Positions 17,589-26,314 of a stretch of DNA of 43,460 nucleotides are shown one piece after another. Origin of the DNA: Fibrobacteria bacterium (GTDB lineage Bacteria; Fibrobacterota; Fibrobacteria; UBA11236); contig JAYTSD010000033.1 in the NCBI GenBank assembly GCA_043745805.1, forward strand, positions 1 through 43,460. Direction: 5' to 3'. Both the position numbers and the translations under genes were made by a program. The notes under the pieces were generated by a model. The model was given only the letters and a program-made list of their open reading frames with translations. It searched no databases and had not been told where the DNA came from. Each line of letters begins with the position of its first letter. Position 1 is the stretch's first letter.

Positions 17589-19385
17589 CTAGTGTTGATC
17601 TGTAAAGCCCTCTAATTTATGTAGCTTATAGTAAATACCTTGTTTTTCTATGAGCTGATCATGAGTACCTTGTTCACGAATTTCGCCTTTATGTAATACT
17701 AAAATGCAATTGGCTTTTTGAATAGTCGAGAGACGATGCGCTACTGCAATGGTGGTCATTTGTTTGGTAATATCCGCTAATACAGTTTGAATCAGTCCTT
17801 CGGTTTGCGTATCCACCGAGGCCGTAGCTTCATCTAGCAAGAGAATTTTAGGGCGATGATATAATGCACGAGCGAAAGCGAGTAATTGTCTTTGGCCGGC
17901 GGAAATATTTTCACCACCTTTTTGCAATTTGGTTTCATACCCATTTTTAAGGGTTTGTATAAAAGTATGAATTTGCACTTGGGCGCATACTTCTTCTACT
18001 CTTTGCTTATCATAATCAGGCCCTAAAGCAATATTGAAATAAATGCTTTCGGAAAATAAATACACATCTTGGGAAATTAAACCGATAGTGCGCCGTAAAG
18101 TCGCTTCGGAGTAAGCCGTGAGCGGTTGTCCCGACAATAAAATTTCGCCAGAGTCCTGCAAATAAAATTTATTACATAGTGAGACAATGCTGCTTTTGCC
18201 GCTGCCAGTTGCGCCTACTAAGGCAATAGTTTCACCCGCTTTAACTTCAAACGAAATATCCTTAAGTACGGGTTGATCTTTTTCATAACCAAAGTTCACA
18301 TTTTTGAATTGAATTTGTACTGGCTCGGCAACTTTTTCCAAATTGCCCGTAGGTAAAAAAACTTCCGCATCATATAAAGTGAATACGCGTGCACCTGCAG
18401 CCAACGCGGTTTGCAAGGCGGTTATTTTATCGCTGAGTTCGCGCAAAGGGCGAAAGAATGTTCCCGCATACCATGAGAAAGCCACCAAGGTGCCTAGGGA
18501 AACCTCATGGTGAAAACATAAATAAGCGCCAACAAAATAAAGTAATACTAATGACATTTCGGTAAGGCCAAAAATGACCGGAAAGAACACCGCATAGCAT
18601 TGCACATTTTTATACCACACATCGCGACAAGCCGCATTATTATGATCAAAGCGTTCCGTTTGTTCTTTAGCTTTGCCAAAAATTTGCACGATGGGAATGC
18701 CCATTAAACTTTCTTGCAAAATGGAATTGAGTTCGGCTAGGCGTTGGCGAATTTCTACATTGGTTTTGCGCACGGCTTTACGAAAAATAGAAGTCGTCCA
18801 TATCATAAGCGGCAATACGGCCAAAGTGGCTAAGGCCAAGCGCCAATCTAAAATGAGCATGAAAACGACTGCATAAACAATAATCAGCACGGCACCGAGT
18901 AAATCAATCAACCCTTCGGTGAATAAACTATTTAAGGAATCGATATCATTGCCCAAACGTGTCATTAGGCGGCCTATGGGTGTGCGATGGAAGAAATCCA
19001 TGCTATAAAGTTGCACGCGCGCAAATATTTGCAAACGTAATTCATGAATAATGCGTAAGCCTAAGTTTTGGCTGAGTACGGCTTTGAGATATTCAAAAAT
19101 GCCTGCGCCTAATACTAACCCAATAAACAACAATATGGGTTTCCATAAATCCTGCATCCGGCCTTGTAAAATAGGACCGTCAATCATGTCACGTAAGAGA
19201 CGCGGCTGTAATAAAGGAAAAATTTCGGAAATAAGTAATAGTAATAAACATGTTACCGTAAGCAGCCTGTGACGTTTGGTCATGGCAACAAAACGCAGCC
19301 ATAATTTACCATCGAGAAAATGTGCACTTTTATCTTCGGATAAATACTCTTTGCGTGGGTTTGGTTTGTCGGTTGCCGTACTCAT
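17589..19385 (-). CDS. ABC exporter half-transporter (TMD+NBD), MdlB/YwjA-like
   Basis: GATGSGKS, degenerate signature ISAGQRQ, LLLDEATASVD, AHRLST. Likely start ATG 19385 (GGAG upstream), overlapping the upstream TGA. Confidence 0.92.
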   Translation of the reverse strand: MSTATDKPNPRKEYLSEDKSAHFLDGKLWLRFVAMTKRHRLLTVTCLLLLLISEIFPLLQPRLLRDMIDGPILQGRMQDLWKPILLFIGLVLGAGIFEYLKAVLSQNLGLRIIHELRLQIFARVQLYSMDFFHRTPIGRLMTRLGNDIDSLNSLFTEGLIDLLGAVLIIVYAVVFMLILDWRLALATLAVLPLMIWTTSIFRKAVRKTNVEIRQRLAELNSILQESLMGIPIVQIFGKAKEQTERFDHNNAACRDVWYKNVQCYAVFFPVIFGLTEMSLVLLYFVGAYLCFHHEVSLGTLVAFSWYAGTFFRPLRELSDKITALQTALAAGARVFTLYDAEVFLPTGNLEKVAEPVQIQFKNVNFGYEKDQPVLKDISFEVKAGETIALVGATGSGKSSIVSLCNKFYLQDSGEILLSGQPLTAYSEATLRRTIGLISQDVYLFSESIYFNIALGPDYDKQRVEEVCAQVQIHTFIQTLKNGYETKLQKGGENISAGQRQLLAFARALYHRPKILLLDEATASVDTQTEGLIQTVLADITKQMTTIAVAHRLSTIQKANCILVLHKGEIREQGTHDQLIEKQGIYYKLHKLEGFTDQH

Positions 19386-21250
19386 GTGATCTCCAAGGAG
19401 CGACTGAGTTTTTGCTTTTCCCAAATTTCAGCATATTGTCCATTTAAGGCTAATAATTCGGCATGCTTGCCTTGTTCCACAATTTTTCCATCCTGTAAAA
19501 AAATGATGGTTGAGCAATGACTCACCGCCGAGAGGCGATGGGAAATTAATATCAAAGTTTGCTCGGCAAAATGTTCGCGTAAATTAGTGAGAATTACATT
19601 TTCGGTTTCGGTATCGAGTGCGGAGAGGGTATCATCCAAACATAAAACCGGAGAGCCTGCCGCCAAGGCTCTGGCTAAGCCTACGCGTTGTCTTTGTCCA
19701 CCACTGAGATTAATGCCTTTTTCACCTAATAAGGCTTCATAGCCATGTGGAATTTGCTGTAAGTCACGCGCAAATGCCGACCATTCTCCCGCTTTTTCCA
19801 CACTTAAGTTTTCTTCGAAGCTATTTTCTTCGGGTGTTTCGGCATTGGCCTTTGGTGTAGACGTAACCGAAATGTTAACCTTGGGTTTTTGTCCCATGGC
19901 AATATTTTCACGGATAGTGGTGGAAAATAAAAATCCATCTTGTGGTGCATAAGCAAAGGATTTTTTCCATTCTTCGGGGGAAAACTCTTCACGCACTTTG
20001 CCATTTAAAAATAGTGTGTTTGGCTTAGGCATATAAATACCGCAAATCAAATGCAGCAATGTGGTTTTGCCGGATCCAATAGCGCCTACAATGCCTAGGC
20101 TTTCGCCTTTATGCAAGGTGAGCGTAATCTTTTCTAAAACATTTTGTCCGGCAGGATAAGCGAAGCCTAAATTTCGAATTTCTAGCTTTTCGAATTTAGA
20201 GGGGAAAATACCAGGGACCGTGGAGGAATCCTCGGTAAAATTTTTTAATTCAGAGTTAGCCCAAGTGGTTTTTTCAAAATCGGCACGTACCTCAATTAAT
20301 CGATCAATGGAAACATTTCCTCTTTGTATCATGCTCATGACCCAACCTAAGCCCACGAGTGGGAATTGTAAACGTAACAAGTAGATCACGGCAGCAGACA
20401 AGGAGCCCACAGTGATTTCATGTTGAATCACCATACGACCGCCCAGTCCTATAACTAAAATGGTACTAATGGCTCCCAGCACACCAATAGCAGGCCATAC
20501 AATGGAATTGGAATAAGCGACATTTAAAGACGCATCACGTAATTCTTCAGAGGCTTTGGTAAATTTAGTTTGGAATTCTTCTTGTTTGCCATAGGCTTTA
20601 ACCACTTGAATACCCGAAAGACTATCCTGCACAAAAGCGTTTAAACCGGAAAGGCTTTTTTGAATGCCACCAAATAAGCCATACATCTTTTTTAAAAAAG
20701 CATTCGCAATAATGGGCATGATTAAAGAGGGCAATAGCCCAATAAGCATAAGCCTAGGATGTAATTTCCAAATACAAAATGTGGTGTAAATTAATAAGCA
20801 ACCCATACGCGCTAAATGCAAAATAGCTGGACCGACCATGTCACGAATACGATCTAAATCATTGGTGGCACGCGACATAATATCACCAATGGTATGACGA
20901 TCAAAATAAACTTTGGGCTGGCGAATGAGATCCGCAAATAAATCGCGGCGCATGGCATATTCAATACGACGAGAACTACGAATTACCCAAAGTCTTTGAA
21001 AGTAAAGTAAGAAACCGGCTACAAGTGCGCAGGATGCTAAAGTGAAAAGTGGCAGCAGCATAGCCGACATGCCGGCTCCAGAACCAAGACGATCCAAAAT
21101 AACTTTCACCATCCAAGGAGAAACTTGATCGAGAGCGGTAGAAATTAAAACTAGGGTTAACCCAAAAAGTATGGGCTTTTTATCTTCAAGAAGATAAGTA
21201 ATTAAAAAATGGAAACGCTGGCGGGCTTTTGGACTGAAAAGGCTGAAAAT
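19382..21250 (-). CDS. ABC exporter half-transporter (TMD+NBD), MdlA-like; probable ATT start
   Basis: GDIMSRATNDL, GAIGSGKT, LSGGQRQR and degenerate Walker B LDDTLSALD. The frame is open 50 codons upstream of ATG 21112 and encodes the elbow helix and TM1, with no ATG, GTG or TTG. ATT 21250 follows AGAGGT. The start position is less certain than the gene call. Confidence 0.88.
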   Translation of the reverse strand: MFSLFSPKARQRFHFLITYLLEDKKPILFGLTLVLISTALDQVSPWMVKVILDRLGSGAGMSAMLLPLFTLASCALVAGFLLYFQRLWVIRSSRRIEYAMRRDLFADLIRQPKVYFDRHTIGDIMSRATNDLDRIRDMVGPAILHLARMGCLLIYTTFCIWKLHPRLMLIGLLPSLIMPIIANAFLKKMYGLFGGIQKSLSGLNAFVQDSLSGIQVVKAYGKQEEFQTKFTKASEELRDASLNVAYSNSIVWPAIGVLGAISTILVIGLGGRMVIQHEITVGSLSAAVIYLLRLQFPLVGLGWVMSMIQRGNVSIDRLIEVRADFEKTTWANSELKNFTEDSSTVPGIFPSKFEKLEIRNLGFAYPAGQNVLEKITLTLHKGESLGIVGAIGSGKTTLLHLICGIYMPKPNTLFLNGKVREEFSPEEWKKSFAYAPQDGFLFSTTIRENIAMGQKPKVNISVTSTPKANAETPEENSFEENLSVEKAGEWSAFARDLQQIPHGYEALLGEKGINLSGGQRQRVGLARALAAGSPVLCLDDTLSALDTETENVILTNLREHFAEQTLILISHRLSAVSHCSTIIFLQDGKIVEQGKHAELLALNGQYAEIWEKQKLSRSLEIT

Positions 21251-21325
21251 AGAAACCTCTGATTAAACTTAAAGTAATAGTTTAACCAATAGTAAGTTCT
21301 TAAACAGAGGCTTACAAATTTAGAC

Positions 21326-21502
21326 TTAATTGAACAAATGCCGGTCTTCAAGAAACAAGGCGACATCTCCAGTTAATTCTAAAGCAATCATCAAATTGAT
21401 GATATCGTCTTTATCAATGTTCAATTCGCGTTTAGGCCGACCTCCCAAAAAAGGGATTTTGCTATAAAGCGATTCAGTTTTATGGCGCATGATGTATTTC
21501 AT
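21326..21502 (-). CDS. Small hypothetical protein (58 aa)
   Basis: Below the ORF-track cutoff. GGAGGATTT-ATG, then MKYIMRHKTESLYSKIPFLGGRPKRELNIDKDDIINLMIALELTGDVALFLEDRHLFN*. It fills the gap upstream of the ABC pair. Confidence 0.75.
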   Translation of the reverse strand: MKYIMRHKTESLYSKIPFLGGRPKRELNIDKDDIINLMIALELTGDVALFLEDRHLFN

Positions 21503-21620
21503 AAATCCTCCGAACGGGCATAGGATAGAGTGTACCTTATTTTAAGTTACTCGGATTTTTTTAGAAAGTCTTTAATCTTTTCTAAAATTTTCGGCACTTT
21601 TTTGTTTTTGACGAATGCGC

Positions 21621-21649
21621 TTGAACTCTTGGTTAAACAAATTTAGAAT
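21621..21649 (+). promoter_or_regulatory. Sigma70-type promoter of tRNA-Gln
   Basis: TTGAAC (21621-21626), 17-nt spacer, TAGAAT (21644-21649). Confidence 0.65.
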
Positions 21650-21683
21650 TGTGCAACTCAAAAACTCTGTTTTTGAGAACCTT

Positions 21684-21757
21684 TGGGATGTCGTCCAATG
21701 GCAGGACGCCAGATTCTGATTCTGGCTATCGAGGTTCGAATCCTTGCATCCCAACCA
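21684..21757 (+). tRNA. tRNA-Gln(CTG)
   Basis: TGGGATG/CATCCCA acceptor (U1-A72) plus A-CCA, anticodon arm CCAGA-TTCTGAT-TCTGG, GGTTCGAATCC; 74 nt. Confidence 0.97.
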
Positions 21758-21838
21758 AAATTCTTCGCTTAGCAAATACTTAACTCAAGTTAATCCCAAA
21801 AGAATAACCCACCTACCCAAATCACTACTCCACATGGT

Positions 21839-23380
21839 ATGATTTACGCTATGGATAAAACGGCCCTGAATCTTTGGGAATTATATGCGCAGCAAAAATC
21901 AAAAGGCTTAATTCCAGCTATGGTACAAACTTTAGCTAAGCTCGAAAAAATGGATCCTAAGGATTCACACTGCCTAAATGCTAAAGGGGAAGTTGCTTTT
22001 CTCGAGAAAAAATTCGAATCAGCAGCGCGTTTTTTTAAACAAGCCTTCGCACAAAAGAGTAAGCCCGAATATCAATTGAATTTAGGCAATGCCTTGTTTA
22101 ATGCAGAGGATTTTTCAGGTGCGAAATCGGTTTTAATTAAATATGTGCAACAAAATCCCGAAGATATTAATGCTTTAATTAATCTTGCGAATAGTTTTAT
22201 TCGACTTGAAGATTTATCAGCTGCAGAAGCTATCTGTAAAAAAAGAATTTCTTTTAGCATGGGAAAAAGTGCTTTTTTAAATTGTCTCGGACAAATTGCT
22301 ATGCTAAGAAAAAATCCTGAGAGCGCCTTAGATTTTTTCTCCAAAGCCTATGAAGCCTCGCCCGATTTTATCGAAGCTTTATTTAATCGCGCGAATGCGC
22401 TTTATGCCTTAGGTCGCTGTGAAGAGGCTGTTGCTGCTTATGCACTCTGCGTCCGTAAGGATGAAAATTATGTTTTGGCCTTACACAATATGGCGATATT
22501 GTATTTGGAATTGGAACGCTTTGATGAAGCAAAACAAAGTTTGCAAAAAGCTTTAAAATTAGTGTCGCATTCTGCGGATACCTTTTACACTTTGGGAAGA
22601 GTGTATTTAGCAGAAAAAGAATTTCGTTTAGCTCGCGATATTTTTCGCTCAGCAATTAAAATGGATGCGAATCATGTTCCCACTTTATTGGCTTTAGCCA
22701 AACTTTGTCAAATTGAAATGGAAACGGAAGAAGCCTTTCGTTTGGTAGAAAGAATTTTAATGCGTGCGCAATTAAGTGAAGAGGAGCGCCGTGCAGCTTG
22801 GGCTTTAGCTTATGATTTGGGGCAATATCAACTATGCTTGAATGTTTTAAAAAAAACTCCGGAAGCGGATAAATTTCCCCATTTAACTTTACGCATTACC
22901 AATTGCTTGTGGAAAACTGGACAAAAAATTGCGGCCATTGAACAAATCGAAAAGTATTTGCAAAAAGTAGGGGAAACTCCTGAGGCTTTAACTTTACTGG
23001 CTTTGATGTTAGAAGAAAATGGGGCTTTAGATTTAGCCGAGAGTCGTTTACAAAGAGCTTTAGTATTAAATCCTGGTGCGGATGCGCCGGCCTTTGAATT
23101 AGCGCGCCTATATCGCAGTCAAAATCAAATGGAAAAAGCGATTCAAATTCTCGAAAATGTTTTAACACAAAATCCAATCGATGCCGACTGTTTGTATAAC
23201 TTGGCTTGCTGTCATGCGCAAACCAAAAATTTAGAGGATGGTCTTTATTATTTAAAAAAAGCGGTGCAAAACGGCTTTCATGATTTAGAAAAAATAACCC
23301 AAGACGAAGATTTAGCGACGGTAAGAAAATTAAAAGAATATGGTCTTGTGCTCGAGTTAGTGGATTCATTAGAAGTATAA
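21839..23380 (+). CDS. Tetratricopeptide repeat protein
   Basis: Many TPR units (YQLNLGNALF, ALFNRANALY, FYTLGRVYL) and a C-terminal YNLACCHA...D.DL cap; no signal peptide. Confidence 0.9.
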   Translation: MIYAMDKTALNLWELYAQQKSKGLIPAMVQTLAKLEKMDPKDSHCLNAKGEVAFLEKKFESAARFFKQAFAQKSKPEYQLNLGNALFNAEDFSGAKSVLIKYVQQNPEDINALINLANSFIRLEDLSAAEAICKKRISFSMGKSAFLNCLGQIAMLRKNPESALDFFSKAYEASPDFIEALFNRANALYALGRCEEAVAAYALCVRKDENYVLALHNMAILYLELERFDEAKQSLQKALKLVSHSADTFYTLGRVYLAEKEFRLARDIFRSAIKMDANHVPTLLALAKLCQIEMETEEAFRLVERILMRAQLSEEERRAAWALAYDLGQYQLCLNVLKKTPEADKFPHLTLRITNCLWKTGQKIAAIEQIEKYLQKVGETPEALTLLALMLEENGALDLAESRLQRALVLNPGADAPAFELARLYRSQNQMEKAIQILENVLTQNPIDADCLYNLACCHAQTKNLEDGLYYLKKAVQNGFHDLEKITQDEDLATVRKLKEYGLVLELVDSLEV

Positions 23381-23431
23381 TGAGAGTAATAAAACCAAAA
23401 ATTTCGTTGGCATTGATTTGAGAGGCACATT

Positions 23432-24685
23432 ATGAAGACCGCACAAGACTGGAGCTTTACAGCGAATAAAGAGGGTTTGGTGAAACCTAAGTTACAAGAC
23501 AATAAAATTTTCCATGCTTTAACTTCGGCCTATGAAAATAATCAGCAACAAGAGCTTTATGGCGCAACAGAAATTATTGTTAAGCGCGAAAAAGAATTAT
23601 GTGAAATGGCCTTATTGGAATTAAAAAAATTATCCGAAGGCAAAGCTGAAAAAGACGGCACACTTAATTTGATTTTAGACCATTATAAAAATCGCTTGGA
23701 TATTGCCAAAGAAAAAGAAACCAAGATTAATTTACTTACCGATGATTCCCGTAAAATGACGGAAGAATACAAAAAGAAAAATCAAGAATTAGCCGAAGTT
23801 AAACGCGATTTAATGGATTCGCAAGCCAAGCTTCGCGAGTTGGCTAAATCCACCGAAAAACTGATCAAAAAAGAAGAAGAGTTACGTTTTATTGAAAGTA
23901 ATTTGAAAGAAGAATTGGAAAATAATAAGCGGAGTATTTTAAATGGGCTTTATGAAATTGTAAGTGACTTACCAGATCACGCTCCACTCGCAGCCATACC
24001 TGTAGTGGTCCCAACTGAAGTGCCAATAGAAAAGCCAATTATTGCGGTTATTGAAACCCCCGTTGCAATAGAAAAACCTTCTGAAGTTGATTTGGCCGCG
24101 CAAGCAGAAGCACACGCCAGCGCCTATTTTACCGCAGAGGCAATGGAGAGAGAAGAAAATGGTTGGGTTGAAGAAAATGGAGACGCTGCATTAGCAATTC
24201 CTGAAATCCCCTTAATTAAAATTTCAGCCAAGGATCTTTGGGATAAAGGTCAAGGATTAAAAAGATTTGAACCCAGTAAAATTACTTGTGCGAAGTCTTT
24301 AGTGAAAACTGCTGAGGGTGAAATTGTTTCTGAATTTTATTTTTTGACAAATGTGAGCAAAGAAAAAAGGCATTATATATTTAATGTTTTATATGCTATG
24401 AATAGTTTATTGGCCTTAAACCAAAGCAGTGAAACAGATTTTCTTATTCGCTTAGAACTCATCTTTAATGATTTATTGAATCGCACTGAACAAGGTCAGC
24501 CGATTCATTTTGAAGACGGTTTAATATCGGTATTTAATGGAGCGGAAGTTCAAAGGATTATACAGCTGCCCAAAAACGAACAAACGGATAGTTTTATAGT
24601 TTTAGCTGGAAAGACCATCACGGCGATGGAAGAATTAGCTTCCGGTCGCGATAAGCAATTAGAAGATCAACTCAAGGCTTTATAA
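23432..24685 (+). CDS. Hypothetical coiled-coil protein
   Basis: GAGAGG SD. Has a K/E/L heptad region (about aa 50-170), a Pro/Val/Glu linker and a globular C-terminus. Confidence 0.8.
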   Translation: MKTAQDWSFTANKEGLVKPKLQDNKIFHALTSAYENNQQQELYGATEIIVKREKELCEMALLELKKLSEGKAEKDGTLNLILDHYKNRLDIAKEKETKINLLTDDSRKMTEEYKKKNQELAEVKRDLMDSQAKLRELAKSTEKLIKKEEELRFIESNLKEELENNKRSILNGLYEIVSDLPDHAPLAAIPVVVPTEVPIEKPIIAVIETPVAIEKPSEVDLAAQAEAHASAYFTAEAMEREENGWVEENGDAALAIPEIPLIKISAKDLWDKGQGLKRFEPSKITCAKSLVKTAEGEIVSEFYFLTNVSKEKRHYIFNVLYAMNSLLALNQSSETDFLIRLELIFNDLLNRTEQGQPIHFEDGLISVFNGAEVQRIIQLPKNEQTDSFIVLAGKTITAMEELASGRDKQLEDQLKAL

Positions 24686-24740
24686 GCTTAAGCACCCTAA
24701 AGCTTGCAAAGATTTTGTTAGCTTTCTGCTTGAGTAAAAA

Positions 24741-25610
24741 ATGCAGAAGCTGAATAAATTTTTAGAATACCTTTCCCTCGTTAGATTTTCCCATACTTTA
24801 TTTGCTTTACCCTTTGCTATGGCCGCTATGGTTTGGGCTGCCAATGGTTTACCTTCCATAGCGATAGCGATAAAAATATTATTGTGTATGGTTTTTTGTC
24901 GCAATGCCGCGATGGCTTTTAATCGTTTGGTCGATGCCGATTTGGATGGGAAAAATCCACGCACGCAAATGCGCCATATTCCCGCAGGCAAGCTTTCGAA
25001 AAAGCAAGTGTGGTTGTTTTTTGCATTAAACGGTTTAGCATTTATTGCCATTACTTTTTGGATAAATTATTTGGCTTTTATTTTATCAGTGCCGACTTTA
25101 ATTGCCGTTTGTTTTTATTCTTGGACTAAACGCTTTACCGCCCTCTGCCATTTCTTTTTGGGATTAGCCATATCTATTTCACCCGCGGGTGCTTGGATTG
25201 CCGTAAGAGGGCATCTCAATATTGAACCCGTTTTATTGGCATTGTCTCTATTGTTGTGGATTAGTGGCTTTGATATTATTTATGCCACACAAGATTATGA
25301 ATTCGACAAAAAAAGTCATTTGCATTCTTTGGTGGTGAAATGGGGAACTAAAGGCGCATTGCGGATTGCTTTTTTACTGCATGCTTTGATGTTAATAGTG
25401 CTTATAGTTATGGCCCAAGTGGGACATTTACGCTGGCCCTTTGGCCTTGCTTGGGGAGTAACTTTCTTGTTACTTACTTATTTGCATGCATTTCGTAAAA
25501 GTGCGAGTTTGGATGCGATGAATAAAGATTTTTTCTTAGCGAATATCGCTATCAGTTTTTCATTAATGTGCGGTATTATCGCTAGTATTTTTTATGCGGG
25601 ATTGAGCTGA
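24741..25610 (+). CDS. UbiA-family polyprenyltransferase (MqnP/ubiA_other type)
   Basis: HTLFALPF, MAFNRLVDADLD..NPRT..R.IP and GFDIIYATQD..FD; multi-pass membrane protein. Confidence 0.92.
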   Translation: MQKLNKFLEYLSLVRFSHTLFALPFAMAAMVWAANGLPSIAIAIKILLCMVFCRNAAMAFNRLVDADLDGKNPRTQMRHIPAGKLSKKQVWLFFALNGLAFIAITFWINYLAFILSVPTLIAVCFYSWTKRFTALCHFFLGLAISISPAGAWIAVRGHLNIEPVLLALSLLLWISGFDIIYATQDYEFDKKSHLHSLVVKWGTKGALRIAFLLHALMLIVLIVMAQVGHLRWPFGLAWGVTFLLLTYLHAFRKSASLDAMNKDFFLANIAISFSLMCGIIASIFYAGLS

Positions 25611-26314
25611 AGTCCGCGACTGCGTTTATAATCAATCCAATTGCAATAACCGTATAACACTACTTTACAGCCTATTATAAATAATTCTCTTGTACGCAAA
25701 GGCCGGCTTTTTACTTTAGCTTTTCCGGCTTTAATTGCCGCAATAACGGATGCTGCCGTTTGTTCGGCCTCGACTTCTGTCCAAATAGTTCCGAACTGTT
25801 CTAAGGTATGTGTATCAGAATTGCCGACTAGGGGTTTTCCTTTTTGTTCGGCTAATGTGATTGTTTTACGATTAGGATTCCAAAGTTTATGAAAAAATCC
25901 TGAGCATTCTAAGGCATCGAATAAATCCCAATATTTAAGTACATCGTCTTGCAAGCAAATCGAATTGGGATAATAGGGATGGGCAGCGATGACTAAGTTT
26001 TCAGTACTTTTATATTTAGCCAAATCAGCAAAAGTTTTAATGGCCATGACTTCAGCATTTTTAAAATTGATTAAGAGTACATGACTGCCTTCGATTTCGC
26101 GTTCGACCCCAGGAATTAGTAAAATACCTTTGGACAAGGCATAGTCAATAATAGGTTGTTGCCAAAGCTGCCGATTATGCAATGTGATGGAAAGCACACT
26201 ATAATTTAAAATAGCCGCTTTATCGATAAGTTCTTGCGCAGTATGATAAACATGACTGTCTTCTGGATCATCGATGGTGTGTAAATGAAAATCGAGTTTT
26301 AAATTTTTATTCAT
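25592..26314 (-). CDS. PHP-domain metal-dependent phosphoesterase
   Basis: DFHLHT, SITLHN, IPGVE, AAHP, GNSDTH. Likely start ATG 26314 (GAGG upstream). Confidence 0.88.
   Translation of the reverse strand: MNKNLKLDFHLHTIDDPEDSHVYHTAQELIDKAAILNYSVLSITLHNRQLWQQPIIDYALSKGILLIPGVEREIEGSHVLLINFKNAEVMAIKTFADLAKYKSTENLVIAAHPYYPNSICLQDDVLKYWDLFDALECSGFFHKLWNPNRKTITLAEQKGKPLVGNSDTHTLEQFGTIWTEVEAEQTAASVIAAIKAGKAKVKSRPLRTRELFIIGCKVVLYGYCNWIDYKRSRGLQLNPA

Noticed and set aside
15054-21757. Region between the two tRNAs as an integrated island
   Set aside because: Both tRNA 3' ends point away from it; no integrase or duplicated att sequence was seen.
21572-21775. 67-aa minus-strand ORF
   Set aside because: Antisense shadow of tRNA-Gln and its promoter.
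22896-23369. Longer antisense or alternate-frame ORFs (e.g. 22896..23369, 26383..26826, 31140..31538, 24680..25051)
   Set aside because: They lie essentially within well-supported genes, have no motifs and are typical shadow ORFs.
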